A stretch of 64,000 bases of DNA from Coniocarpon cinnabarinum (Eukaryota), in assembly GCA_051942205.1 (NCBI GenBank), contig JAVECO010000015.1, positions 1-64,000 on the forward strand, given 5' to 3'. The notes under the pieces are model-generated. The model was not told the DNA's origin. It did no database searches and saw only the letters and a list, made by a program, of their open reading frames with translations. The position numbers were made by a program, and so were the translations under genes. Below, piece by piece: positions 36,674 through 49,131 of this stretch. The first letter of the stretch is position 1. Each line of letters begins with the position of its first letter.

Positions 36674-37844
36674 GTGGCTTGCGACTGTATCAAAGAACAA
36701 AGAGACGCGCAATCTCCTCAAGTCGGCTTGACTGCTGAACAAAGAACGTAAGTATGCTCTCAAACCCACGCAAAACTTGGCAAGGTTGAGCCAATGCCGA
36801 ATTACAAGCACGTAAGTGTCATGCGATGGAACAAACAATGAGTGTTTTCCGCTGTTCAGATAGCGCGAAGTTTTCAAAACCCAAGGATCAGTTTAGGGGT
36901 TTGCACGTTAACGAAAGATATGCTTTAGCCTCTGCACAGAATAAGAAAGCAAAGCGATGATACGTCAAATAACGGCAGCAGTTTGACGAGAGGTTGCAGA
37001 CTAAGAAAGCGTGAGCGTCCGTGTTGGCGCATCAGCGTAAGCAGGAGCGATGGAAAGTTCCACTACAGAAAGAACTCGCGCGCAGCCAATGAGGCAATTT
37101 CGGAATGACCAGACGAGACACAAAAGCGCACAATCCCATCAGCATACATCCAAGGGTTTACGGCCCCGTTGCGCCGCTTGGAAGACTGGTGGGAACTGCT
37201 GTCCCACGTGGCAATGTTGGCGCGAGCAATGCGATGCGTGAGATTGCCAGCCACATGAAAAGCTCGATCGAAGGACGGTGGGACGCACTCGCAGACTAGA
37301 CTAGAGAAAGAAAGGGAAAATATGAAACACGGATCGAATTCGGAATGGAGCGTCCAGACAACCATTGGAAGCAAGTGTTCCGAGTAGACGCGTGGAAACT
37401 GAGCTCGAGTGAGCGCAAGAGCATATGCCATCGGCGAAAGGGACAGCTCCAATCAGACAGCGTGCCCGGCCAGTAAGCCGTGACGGCAGGAGCATCGAGG
37501 AGAGACCGACGGCAAGATGAGGGAAAAAAGCAGTTGGGGAAAGTCAAAGATTCGGAAGTGAAAAAGTTGAGTGAGTGTTGATATCGCCTATTGGTCCGTG
37601 CGTCAGTCACATGCTGTATGCGCCATTCCCCTTTTGCAGAGAGCAGTGGCGCCACACTGCAAGCACGCCACCAAAGCATTGATACATTGATAGGCCTCGC
37701 CTGCAGGCGCTCGGAGCAAATGTCAGTCTGACGAGCAGACGGTGATTGAAGTGCAGATCTATTCATTAGGTTGTGATGTCTTTACAAGCTTGTCCTCATG
37801 TCTGTGGTCATCCCACCCTCTCTCCGCCTTTCCTTCTACCCCTT

Positions 37845-40800
37845 TCAATGGCCAACCGTGCTATCAGCCAACTTTGTCGGACCCGTCTCAACCCCACTCT
37901 CCGACCACAAATCGTGTGCTGACATCTGCTGAGCGTCGTGGAAGAGATCGATCATGCAACTAGCAGACCAGGCCTGTGACGGGCACGAGTCACCGCAGAA
38001 GCTTCCCTTGTAGTTGGTCAGTTCAGCGAGTCCTGCCCATGGCGAGGACTGGATCATGTCCACACAGCCCAGTAACCGTGTCGTCACCTGCTGGTACGCC
38101 TCCAGTTTCTCCTCGCTTGTCTTGCGTCGCATCAGGTCGAACTTAAGCATGGCCCGGAGGAAGAAGCCTCGAGGCCAGATCCATTCCGGCCCACTGTGGT
38201 AGTTGCGGCCCTTGGCCACGGCAAAATCACTTGAGTCGTCCGAGTTGATGTAGTTCGGTCGATAACCCCAATCACTGGGGTCTAAAGTGGCCATTCCGGT
38301 AGGACCTAATAATGCTGAGTCCATGACCGATAAGGCGTGCAACGCTCGTTCGGGATCAAATAATTGAGGAGCAACGGTCATCGCAATGGGATAATTTGGC
38401 CTGAGTTGGTAATCCTCGAACTCCTTACCGGACCGATAAAGGTCTTTGTAAATCCCACGACGGTTGATGACTTTCGGATTGACATCGAACTTCGCATCCA
38501 GGCTCGAATCAAGAGGGATATAGTAGCAACGCTCAAAATTCGCCTTGATCATCGCTGCCCAATCTTTGTAAGAGACAAAGGGACCAGTTGCACCTTTGGT
38601 CACGCCGCCTTGCTTGAACTGGCCACGATCATGCAGCTCGGACAGCCATGTCAGAGTGCTGTAGAGGAGCCCAGTGATCTCAACCGATGCGCCGTCACGG
38701 GGCGTTCCCGGAATGCCTTTGCTGCCGGCTTTCTCACTTTCACCCATCTTGTCCATCCATGTTCCACAATTGAACTGATTGCCACCAAAAACCATGCCGG
38801 TTTCCCAGTCAACATGAATGTCCAAGTTGAAGCCCTGGTCTCGCATCTGTGAGTCAATGGCCGGACCGGCATTGGCTTCGCGGAACGACATGCCCGATGC
38901 ATGTCGTTGCATTGCCTCGTGAATGATCTCTTCAATGGTCGACGTCCGGGAGTATGCGCGCGGATCGTCCCAGGGGAACCATGTATCATCGTACGGAAGG
39001 TATCTGCGCTTTACAGAATCCTGCAGAAGAAGCATACCATTGGGCGCCATCTTGGTGTAGTCCTGAATGCACTGAAGGTAGAACCATATTGAATCTCGTG
39101 AGTTGTACCGCGTAATTTTGCCCGAGCTCAACAGGTTTGGTATCATACCATGCTTCAGCACACCCCCAAAGGCGAGTATGTGCTCTCTAGCGTTGGCAAA
39201 CCGACCTGTACCAAGAAGGAGGCCACGAAGTGAAATGAAAACATCGCGACCCCAGCAGCGCATCCAGCTAACCGCAAAGTGAGGTAAGCCCGCTGCCAGA
39301 CATGGAACAACATGCTGAGGATACAGTGAAGCCGATGATGAGATACCAGACATTTGCACGCTGACGAGAGCTAAGTCTTTGAGAAACTGGGGACCAGTCT
39401 GTATGCCGTCGCTCATCTGCTCAACAGCTCGATCCCGGGCTGCGTTGTACGCTGTCTGCACAACCATGGTGAAATAACGTGGCCAAAGATAGCTGGGAAG
39501 CTTCTGCACAGCATGAAAACGTTTACGCAACCAGTCCGCGACAGATTTGACTCGGTCGTAGCCCGCAAGCTTCGAGATTTTCTCCAGACGATGGACACAA
39601 TATTCCATTGCCCAAGGCCCACCCCGAATATTCTGGCAAAGCGGATGACCAAGGTTGTTGTTGCGCACGATATCTTTGAGCTCACTCCACCAGCCCTGCA
39701 GCCCAGCGTAGACCAGAGGTCCGTGGTCAGGAACGTTATAGCATCCGTCTTTGCCATCGTTCAGTTCACGCTCTTCAGCATCACAACGGTACAAAATGAA
39801 GTTGAGGTCGCGCAATTTTTGGTCTTTGAAAGCGGCACGAGCCCCAGTCGTCACAAACCTATCAAGTCCTTCAGAATGCTCAGCCGCTGGCAAGCTTGTT
39901 TCAAAAATAGCAATGCTGCCGGGTGGAAATTGGCCCTTAATGGAAATGACGCTCTCGTCGATTGCGTTGTCAACACCGACACTATGAAGCTCTTCGACTT
40001 GACCCGGGAGTCCCCGAAGACATGTCTTGTCCTCTTGCACTTTGTTCTTGGCTGCTTCGCTTCCATCAGCCTTGAGAGACCAGGCGCCGAGGATTCTGGC
40101 TATGCTACCAGCGAGGTGAACTGGCTCAAAGTAAGGCGTACTATCACCAAAACCGGGGTAAGCAGAATGTGCGATCAGGAAGAAGCCTCTGCGTGATTGA
40201 GGATCGACACGATGCATGGTGATGTATTGATCACGGTGGTCTACGAATGACTCCTCATAGCCTTGTTGGCCCAATATTGTGTGGATGTGATTGAGTTGTT
40301 TCATGATACCACCGACCCCACCTTTCTCAGTTTGCGTCGTCACTGTGCCCTCAGAGTACGGCGAAGTGTAAAGTCTTCTCTCGCCAACGAGGTCGATGAG
40401 AGAGGGATAGAGCTCGTCATAGCCCATGACGCTTCCAGTCGCACAAGCACAGAACGCAACTAAGGCGGCGTTGGGCAACGTGTCACGTACATCTCGACGC
40501 TGGGCTGGGGTTTCATTGTCATGGGTGCAATCGTACAGCAAGGCGTGCACTTGACTCTGCCTTATACGATGGACAGGGCTCTCATGAACTGGGGACTGTG
40601 GCGAGGCGGGAGAGACCTCGTCAGCCGTGTCGAGATTGGATATGTCATTAGCATAAAAGCTGCCCAGTGGAATGCCGCTATTGATGTGCACGAGCTTTGA
40701 GATCTCGGCAACGGACCAGCATTGCATTGCTTCGCGGATCAAGGCGCTCAGACCTAGACGTTTGACAAAAGCATAGTCAGTAGGCTCGCTGCCGCTGAAC

Positions 40801-42644
40801 AATTCTGCCATGATTGCAATGTTTGGTCGGACCTTGCGAGCTTGGTCGAGCATGTATTCTGCAACATGTATCGGAGTCGAGTGACAGTTGTCAATTCGGA
40901 ATGCATGAAAGTACTTGGCCATGAGACGAGCGTATTGGCCCATGAAGTCCCAAAGGAAAGGGCTGTCCTTGGGTCCAGTCCCATAGCGAAGCTTCACACA
41001 GTCGCCCCATGGAATGACCTCACGTCGAAGATATGCACGCGACGAAGATCCTGCATTGTCTTTCATGGCATCTGCAGCCCAAATCCAGCCATTGTTCACC
41101 AGCGCTAGGCTTCTTGGATTATGCTTCTTGGTCGTCTCATTCAGTGGCAAACGAGTAAAGTAAGACTCGATGAGCGGGCTTTCTTTCGTGATAGGCCCTA
41201 ATTTCAAACCGTGACCGTCTAGCCGCTGATATTTCGCACGGCCGTAAATTTGATCGACTATGACCGAGACATCAGCATCGTAGTCCCGGTAGTATTGCAA
41301 ATTAACCTCGTTGAGGATGTCGTGGATGAAATTGTAAGCACCATGCTCGTCAGGACATTTACTGAATTGGCCGAACTGTGCAACGATCAGTGACGCCGAG
41401 ATCTGGCACATCACACGGCGCCGGAAACGCTCTCCAAGGCGATCGTTGCCCTGTAAAGCATTGTCAATTACCCAATCGGCCTTGTGCTTCAGTGACCATT
41501 GCGCAACACCTTCCACAGAGGCGCCGGAACCTCCAGTCGGGAGAGTGGCATTTCCCTCCCGCCATGCTGTTACGCTGTCCATAGCGTCTCGCTGAGCATC
41601 AACGACATAGTATTCCCACAATCGCATCTCGGCAATCACACGTGATTTGACAGCTTCCATGATACGGGACAAATCTGCTTCTGTATTCAAGGTCGTGGGC
41701 AGACCCAGGCTCGCGAGCTGGTCGCTAAAGGCCAAGAGCCTTGTGTCAAGCTCGTAAGGTGCTTCTAACCACGGAGCTGTTTCCAAGTTGTAGCCACTCT
41801 CAGGATGATCCTCTAGCCAAGACGAGTTGTTTGCGGTATGGTTGAGAACAACATCAGTCATTGCAAGGAGACCATAGTCACGCTCCATTCTTGACATCAA
41901 GTTGGCAATGTCTTCTTCGCCGTTGGGAAAATGCTCCTTGTCAAACGTGAGCTGGTGGTACAGACTGTACGGCGAGTTCGAGTTGCCTCTTTGCATCAAC
42001 GGAGTGAAATGAACCATGTTGTATCCTCTTGCTCCAATACCGTTCAAGTGTTTGTTCCAATCGTCTGGATTTTTGCCCATAAATTTGGAGAGAATGGAGA
42101 AGATCGATAGTGAGTCTAGTGGCATGTCAACGCCCCGAAGCGAGAGTCTTGGGGATACATCGACATAGTGCGTCGGCGTCCTGGTCGGACGCGGAGCCTG
42201 GGACGAGGTGTTTGTGGAAAATTTTGGCAGAGGGGTATAGGTAATGAAGAAAGCGAAGGCTCCGGCATGGGTGATGGGCACGTCGATATCAATGGATCGA
42301 TTGAAGTTTGGTTTGAGCCTGACCTTGTCAGCCAATGAGAGACTCCAAAGAAGCGTAAATCTTTTTCCACCAAAAATAACTGACTTGTATTCTCGAAACT
42401 TTGTCCGCTCGAACTGTTCACCTGGAGCTGGGATATTGGTCCAGAAACTTCCATTTCGGCAAATAGAGCTGGTGCCCTGGATGGAGAATCGAAGAGAGTA
42501 TGCAGGGTCTGACGGTGGAGGCAGGTACACATAAGCATAGCCTCCCGGAATGTCAGGAGCACCAGGGTCAGTAAGAGGGAGGAGATAGGTAGGATGAGGA
42601 GAGGATGTGGAATGGGCAGCTGCCACGGTTGCGGCGGATGACAT
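37845..42644 (-). CDS. GDB1: Glycogen debranching enzyme (4-alpha-glucanotransferase/amylo-1,6-glucosidase)
   Basis: GYNMVHFTPL..RG.SNSPYS, FRIDNCHSTP, DCTHDNE, RCWGRDVFISLRG, NCGTWMDKMGES, GRNYH.GPEW. One in-frame intron, 42319-42384, is read through in the ORF track. Confidence 0.97.
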   Translation of the reverse strand: MSSAATVAAAHSTSSPHPTYLLPLTDPGAPDIPGGYAYVYLPPPSDPAYSLRFSIQGTSSICRNGSFWTNIPAPGEQFERTKFREYKSVIFGGKRFTLLWSLSLADKVRLKPNFNRSIDIDVPITHAGAFAFFITYTPLPKFSTNTSSQAPRPTRTPTHYVDVSPRLSLRGVDMPLDSLSIFSILSKFMGKNPDDWNKHLNGIGARGYNMVHFTPLMQRGNSNSPYSLYHQLTFDKEHFPNGEEDIANLMSRMERDYGLLAMTDVVLNHTANNSSWLEDHPESGYNLETAPWLEAPYELDTRLLAFSDQLASLGLPTTLNTEADLSRIMEAVKSRVIAEMRLWEYYVVDAQRDAMDSVTAWREGNATLPTGGSGASVEGVAQWSLKHKADWVIDNALQGNDRLGERFRRRVMCQISASLIVAQFGQFSKCPDEHGAYNFIHDILNEVNLQYYRDYDADVSVIVDQIYGRAKYQRLDGHGLKLGPITKESPLIESYFTRLPLNETTKKHNPRSLALVNNGWIWAADAMKDNAGSSSRAYLRREVIPWGDCVKLRYGTGPKDSPFLWDFMGQYARLMAKYFHAFRIDNCHSTPIHVAEYMLDQARKVRPNIAIMAELFSGSEPTDYAFVKRLGLSALIREAMQCWSVAEISKLVHINSGIPLGSFYANDISNLDTADEVSPASPQSPVHESPVHRIRQSQVHALLYDCTHDNETPAQRRDVRDTLPNAALVAFCACATGSVMGYDELYPSLIDLVGERRLYTSPYSEGTVTTQTEKGGVGGIMKQLNHIHTILGQQGYEESFVDHRDQYITMHRVDPQSRRGFFLIAHSAYPGFGDSTPYFEPVHLAGSIARILGAWSLKADGSEAAKNKVQEDKTCLRGLPGQVEELHSVGVDNAIDESVISIKGQFPPGSIAIFETSLPAAEHSEGLDRFVTTGARAAFKDQKLRDLNFILYRCDAEERELNDGKDGCYNVPDHGPLVYAGLQGWWSELKDIVRNNNLGHPLCQNIRGGPWAMEYCVHRLEKISKLAGYDRVKSVADWLRKRFHAVQKLPSYLWPRYFTMVVQTAYNAARDRAVEQMSDGIQTGPQFLKDLALVSVQMSGISSSASLYPQHVVPCLAAGLPHFAVSWMRCWGRDVFISLRGLLLGTGRFANAREHILAFGGVLKHGMIPNLLSSGKITRYNSRDSIWFYLQCIQDYTKMAPNGMLLLQDSVKRRYLPYDDTWFPWDDPRAYSRTSTIEEIIHEAMQRHASGMSFREANAGPAIDSQMRDQGFNLDIHVDWETGMVFGGNQFNCGTWMDKMGESEKAGSKGIPGTPRDGASVEITGLLYSTLTWLSELHDRGQFKQGGVTKGATGPFVSYKDWAAMIKANFERCYYIPLDSSLDAKFDVNPKVINRRGIYKDLYRSGKEFEDYQLRPNYPIAMTVAPQLFDPERALHALSVMDSALLGPTGMATLDPSDWGYRPNYINSDDSSDFAVAKGRNYHSGPEWIWPRGFFLRAMLKFDLMRRKTSEEKLEAYQQVTTRLLGCVDMIQSSPWAGLAELTNYKGSFCGDSCPSQAWSASCMIDLFHDAQQMSAHDLWSESGVETGPTKLADSTVGH

Positions 42645-43378
42645 AGTTTAGCAATCAATCAGGGCAGAAGGTAAGCAATGCAAATGTCAATGAATGACCA
42701 ACAAAGACTGGGATGAGGAGTGCAGGGAACAAGGCGTGAACGTGGACGTTGCAGGACGGACAAACAAGACGATGGAATAGATGGTACCCGACGGAAACAG
42801 TCAGGCGTTGGCCGGGCAAATCTGCAATGGCGAACGCATCCCCTTGGAATTGCCTCCTGCTCGCATGCCCATGAGCAGGAGCTCAGCCAGGCCCGACACA
42901 CGGAGAAGGCGCGGCGAAGCAGTGAAAGACTGAGCAGAAAGGTGAAGCATGCAGCTCACCCAAAAGTGGGTGTGACGCCAAGCTGCGGCCCAAGCTCCCG
43001 ATGCAACGGCGTGACGGAGTTAACGTGCAGGGCGGGCCAGCCCGTTTCCGCATCCATGGAATCTTCAACGTTGAGATCGCTCAGGGTCACTAGTGACGTC
43101 CTGACCGATCGATGGCTGGCCTCAGACACCGTCAATTCGTTCTGCGCATTTGTACTTGAAGATGTCACTCCTGAACTCATCCTGTAGCATGCTGATAACT
43201 GACCTCCTTCACAGCTATTGTCAAATTGACTTCTCGCAAGGGGGAGTTGCAGCAGACAGTATCAATACGCCTTATACTTAACTGCCTCGTTGCAAATACC
43301 CCGCCACGCGACCGATCCCTGGCGCATTGGACATGCAATGCAGGGCAGCTGCCGTTGAAACCACCAGCCCCTCTCTAG

Positions 43379-44750
43379 CTAGTGTTTGTCCTCTATCAAA
43401 TCTGGAATCTGTTGGGCTGAAATCTTGCCTTGTAGCACGTCTGGCTTTTCGTTAGCAATGATCCCCATCCTTTCAACGCTCAACCTACTATAGACTGCCG
43501 TCAGCAGCGGAAAGTCTGCCTCGCGGCCCTGCTGCTTCAAGAACGCATGAACATCCTCGGCAGTGGTTGTACCTTGCAGCTTTTGTCCATTCAATTCCTG
43601 CTGTTCCACCTCGCCAATGCTCATGTTTTTCTGTATTGACGTCCTCGCACAACGGAAGTTTCTTCCGCTCGAACAGCTCGTGATCATATCTGCCACTCCA
43701 CAGCTCTCTTCGAGCATCGTGCCAGCCTCGAAAGTCTCTGGAAAGAATGTTTTGCCAAATTTGACCTGCTCCAAAATGCCGACACGCATGATAGCGGCCT
43801 TCGCGTTGTCACCCCAGCCAAGACCTTCTGCAAACCCTGCTGCAAGAGCCACGACATTCTTCAGCGCACCTCCGAGTGATACACCCGCAACGTCGTCGAT
43901 GATGCGGACATGAAAGTATGGTCGATGGAATAGCCTCTTCATGGTGTCGTGGGAGAGAGCGGGGTATTCGTGTGGCAGCGGCCGCAATTTGACGCGCGAA
44001 AGCTTGCCCGAAGAGTCCTTGTGTTCGGTCAAAGGCAGCGGACCAGGCGAACCGGACCGAGAGCCTGCGGGTGTTGGTTGCTGGGAGTCTGCGGGTGGGG
44101 GATCATATGCGATGGTCGATTCACACCATTTTTCCTGAGCAACCTCATTTGCGATATTGGCGCCAGACAGCGCTCCGCAGTAGATGCCTAACTTTTGGCC
44201 GATTGATTCGCAAAACAGTGAAATGCCTTCTGAGGAGACGTCAACTCCCTTGATGCATGATATACCGCGAGCAAAAGGTACAATGTGACCACGAAGCTGT
44301 TCACAAGTCTTTGAGATGAACTGATGAGGGAGGTTGAAAACGAGTATGGTTGAGTCCTTCACGGCGTCTGTGATTGAGGGATTTGCAACGATGTTCTGCG
44401 GTAATGGTACTCCAGGAAGGTACTTGACGTTCTCATGTAGCTCGTTGATCAGCTTCGTGAGCTTCTGGGGCTGCGAGCTCAGCTCTTTGCGCGTGTTGTA
44501 GTGTTTTGACTCTGTTGGAATGTGGACTTCCTCTTCATAGACCCACATCTGTACATTTTCCTCGAACACGTCTGTGTGCGCCTTCGTATTCTCTGCTACA
44601 ATCTTGGCGATGGCTGAGCCCCTGGACATGTCAGCCAAAGCTTCGTGTTCCAAGAAGGCAGTGCCGCAGTGGCCCGTATGGAACTCACCAGTTGCCTGAC
44701 CCAACTATGGTCACCTTGTGTTTTTTGGAGTGCGGCGCAAGCGATGCCAT
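43379..44750 (-). CDS. GPD1: NAD-dependent glycerol-3-phosphate dehydrogenase
   Basis: [62 protein letters not shown]. Introns 44622-44688 and 43441-43488. Confidence 0.96.
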
Positions 44751-45478
44751 CTTGTGTCTTGGGGTTCTGGTTTGCGGAAACGCAGGAGAGGGACGAGGTT
44801 TTATTGACAGGCTTGAGCACGTAGCTCTAAAGAGAGCACGAACGGAAACGAAGCTCAGGTGAGTGCTGCAGGAGGAGCAAATCAGTTGCATCAAGACATT
44901 GCAAATCGTTGGCGTATGACCTAAGGAGTCTGTAAAAGCACACCCATTTCAAGCTACTGAGATTCGGATTGTGGTTGCCAACAGGCAGTGTTGTTGGAGG
45001 CTGAAGACCATGGCCACCTGGCAGATAGCTGCCGTCGAGCTGGCATAGCTACCTTGCCCAGGACAAGCTCGGTGTGCGCAACACTTCTCATTGCTAGAGC
45101 GTTTACAAAAACGCCAGCATGATGCATGAGAAACTCTGGTCACCTTATTGGCCAACGTTTTTTTCCCACGAAGCTCGTTGGGATTTGATTAATGATTATG
45201 TCACAATTCGGCCTCGGTCCAGAAGCACTGGCTATAGTATGCTTGACCCCTACTACATTATGCCGGAAAGTCCGAGACCTTCCTCCTTTATGCAGTTGCA
45301 ACACGCACGCTGGAACGATGACAGGAAATCAAAGCGCACGCTAATGACTCGGAACTGCAGTAAACTCCACCCACTCGTTGATACGTGACTTATTTTGCGC
45401 TTCTCTCCTCAGTAGAACATGGTTAATTCGCCGCAGCGCATTATCATTCCGTATTTTTCGATTTTGGCTTGGAGGATC

Positions 45479-46140
45479 TCATAGCGCAACGCCTCCCAAA
45501 AGCATAAGCCCTGCCACAAGCCCACCAATGATGAGGTGTGAGTCGGCGGCGAGCTGCAAAGCCGAGGCCGCGCCTGTCGAAGCTGGAGCGCTGGACGCGG
45601 CAGTGGCGGACTGCGAGCTGGCTTCAGTAGTCGAGTCTGAGCTGGAGGACGTGGGTGTGGAGGAAGAGCTGGTGGAGACCGCAAGTTCAGTCGGGCCCTT
45701 TCCACCACATGGGATGGCGTTGCACGATTGTTGCGCACGCGCGTCGGTTGGATTGGCGGAAACGCAGCTTTGCTGATACGCCTGACATTCGAAGTACGGT
45801 AGACTCTGATTGTATTGGGTCATGTCTGGCACAGTGCCGTCTGCACAAGTGCAGGTATACGTCAGAGTCATCTACAAAATGATTAGCGAAACGTGCACTG
45901 CACCAGTGATCAGCTCAGCAGAGCAATGAAACTGACCGGGTCGCAAGTGTTCTTCGGTGCAGTGCCACCACAGATCTGCCTGCATGTTTGCGTCTGCGCG
46001 AGACACCACTGGTTCACCGCCGCGGGAGTGGCTCTCGGATCGCCCACCGACACAGTATAAGAATAGGCGCTGGTCGCTGACTGTGCGCTGACAGACGACA
46101 CGAGGCCAATGATGGCGAGGGAGATGAGTGAGAACACCAT
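45479..46140 (-). CDS. Small Cys-rich, probably GPI-anchored cell-surface protein
   Basis: Signal peptide MVFSLISLAIIGLVSSVSAQ; WC.AQ..TC..IC, NTCD, CTC.DG, LPYFEC; S/T tract; hydrophobic C-terminus. Intron 45872-45936. Confidence 0.85.
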
Positions 46141-47150
46141 CCTGATTATGAGTGACGGGCTTGCGGCTGCGAGACAGGTGAGCGAAAGATCTACACAGAT
46201 GATCGACAACGGACCGAGCTCACCTTTTGGACTGATGAATGGAATATAGAATCGACCAACAGCGCAAGGAAGACCTCGTTAACTCTGTTAGAGGTGCAGT
46301 GAAGAGCGAGCAGACGTATGATTAAAGCTGGGATGGATGGGCGTGAGACGGGCAGAGAAGAGGGAAGACGCGTCCATGCTGGGGAAGAGCTCTTGTATGA
46401 GAAAATAGTGGCGGGACCCCGGTAGGAAGGACCCAGGTGGCCTGTGCGTCGCTCCCACCATCAATCACCGAGACAACGCACGCTAGTCTCGTCGTGGCAA
46501 TGTGGGACTGGAAATGGCAGGGCACGGTACACATCCTCAAGCGCTGGCCAATCATCTTCCTCGCGCATTCCTCTCACTCCTTGCGTGAGACGTCGCACCT
46601 TTGATGCTGGCGCCCAAGTCCAGATGAGCCTCATCTCCAGTGCTGGTTCTTATACCCACAGGTCATGTCTCATGTCCATGCACAGTTCGATGGAATGGTG
46701 GCTCTCCTTCTCGCAGCTCTCTGTGCTGCATGCGCCATGAGTTACTGTGGAGGCAAGACGTCAAGTGTGCGACATTTGATCGCGTCTATTACGCACACAC
46801 CTGCGCGGTCCGGCAACGGGTCTCGACCCTGCAGAGCTCGGGATCTCGCATCTCTTAGTTGCCCCCTTTGGCAAGATTGGCTTAGGTACAGATCGCCTCG
46901 CGTGAGCGATACCTTACCCTTGACCAGCCCTCCCGGCTGAGTTCGGTATGCTCTCTATCTCCAAGAAAAAGACGAATTCCTATGCGTCGTAGCTGCTGCA
47001 CGATGTACAAGTTTCCGTCGTCCCCACCACTTGATCAAAACACAAGTTGCAACCGTGCAAGCAACAAAGACCAGCCGCGCATTTCAGCTCAAGCTTCCAC
47101 CCTTCCGTATCGCTAAATCGCATGTGACAGGCTATTCCGCAGTAAGGTGT

Positions 47151-48406
47151 CTAATGTGGCCCTCCGTGATGACTGAGTTTGCGCGGCGGTCTGGGTGTAG
47201 AGGGAGACATTTCTTTCGCCGACGTAGGTGGGTTGTAGATGATCTTTCGAGACTTAACAGGCGCCCATTTGTACCTGTGACATTTGTTAGCGGGTGTTCG
47301 ATGAGGAGCATTTCCATTTATTCCGTACCTCTTCACCCAGATACTCATAGCTGTGAGGAATGTGAGCACAGTCAATACTTTCCAGCCCATCTTCTTGCGG
47401 TCATCCATCTCTGGCTCCGCAGACCAATTCAGAAACTCCACAACATCCTTCGCCATTTGCGAGGTAGTTGCGGGCGTTCCATCCTCATACTCGACTAGAC
47501 CATCATAGAGCACACGTGCCATGGCTATACCAGTGCCAGGGAAGTACGGGTTGAAGTTGAGCCCCGAGGCAATCTCAACCCCTGGGGGTGGGTCTTCGGG
47601 ATAGCCGGTTAACAAGCTGAAAATGTAATTGCATCCGCCATGTCGGGCCTTGACCATGAGCGATAGATCTGGAGGTAGGGCACCATTGTTGGCGGCTTTG
47701 GCGGCCATGTCATTTTTATAGGGGTTCGGAATATAATCCGATAGCTTGCCCGGGCGCTGCTCGATTTCCCCCTCGTCGTTGGGCTCGGTGTCGTACTCTT
47801 GCTCTTCGGCTAATGCTTTGGCCTCATCCACGGTCATGATGTTGCCAACAAGTGATCGGTACGGAATGCGCGAAAGTGAATGGCATGAAGAGCAGACTTC
47901 ACGGTACACTTGGAAACCCCGACGGAGGCTGACAAATTGTCAGCACTCATTGGAATGGAGTAGACTCTCCATAGTTGACGTACGACTGATGGTCAAATGT
48001 TTTCCATGGCTTCTCGTGCTCCCAAGGAAATTTGATTGGGTGTAAACTGCATTGCATACATGGTCAGCTTTATCAGCTCTTGATGTAGTCCAGCGCCAAC
48101 AATCAGCCATTACCCTTCTTCCTGTGGTGTCATCGCATATGCATCCCGTCCATAGGCGTAATAATACCAGCTGCCCGTTCCAACTGCCACCGCTGTTGCA
48201 GCAATAGCGGCAGCTGTAGTACCCCGCTGACTTTGCGCGTCCACTGTGGAGCTCGGTGATGACGAGGAAAAGCGCTAGAGAGTTACATCAGACATCGAGC
48301 AGGCCTCGAAGAAACAGAGAAAGTGGCGTACGATTGACCGGCGCTGCCCGGCGCTTCGCAAGGCATGCGCCAGTGAGTGCGGTCGCACCGGTACGCGAAG
48401 AGCCAT
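47151..48406 (-). CDS. CYT1: Cytochrome c1, mitochondrial
   Basis: FDHQSLRRGFQVYREVCSSCH heme motif, ANNGALPPDLSL, FNPYFPG..IAM, C-terminal TM. Introns 48275-48331, 48047-48113, 47929-47983 and 47275-47328. Confidence 0.97.
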
Positions 48407-49131
48407 AATTGCTCAGTACCGTACAATCTCAGAAGGAAATGGAGAGGAGATGAGCCGTTGGTATCTGGAAACAAATGCAGAGACAAGAATACTCCCTGAG
48501 ACTACACATCGATCTTGATTACTACATCAAGGGTCGTATGATCATGGTCCGTGCACATCGCATCGAAAGCGTCTCAGTTCATTGGCCAGTAAGTCACTAA
48601 ACCCACCGTGATCGCAGTGTTGTATAGCAAGACGTATGCAGAGGATGGATGCTATACGATCACTGAAGCCCATGCTTGTCTCAGCTGAGCAAGCATTGCA
48701 TTAGGGAAGAGCTTCTTCTCACAGTCAAGAAGTATGCTTAAACACGTTCAATGACCAGAGCAGGTATCAAGCTCTCTGCCCTCATGTGTAAGAATGTGAT
48801 TCATAGGTTCGTGTGCTTGCAAATTGCTGTTAAGCATGCACGTACTTCGCAATGTTTGAAGAAGGCGCGTAGTACGCATCGTTTCGCGAGAGATCACCAT
48901 GTTCAAAAGCTCTTAACTCGAATTGCTTGACATTAGGGTCTGCCTAATCCACAGTAGATGACACATATTGATCGCAGATCAGGCGAGCCATATGCAGAAT
49001 TTGATTCAGAGAGTCAGCCTGAACATGCTATGAAGGCGTCCATATCAAAATGAGCAGAGCATCAAGCGCTTAGACCGAAGCAACATGTGCTTTCATGATA
49101 TCCGGTCTAACCAGGATTGATACTAACTGTG

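Noticed and set aside
43262..43381. GPD1 stop in TAG-CTAG context, suggesting readthrough to a peroxisomal isoform
   Set aside because: The established motif is TGA-CTA. The readthrough extension ends ...KYKAY*, which is not a PTS1, and the other frames give none either.
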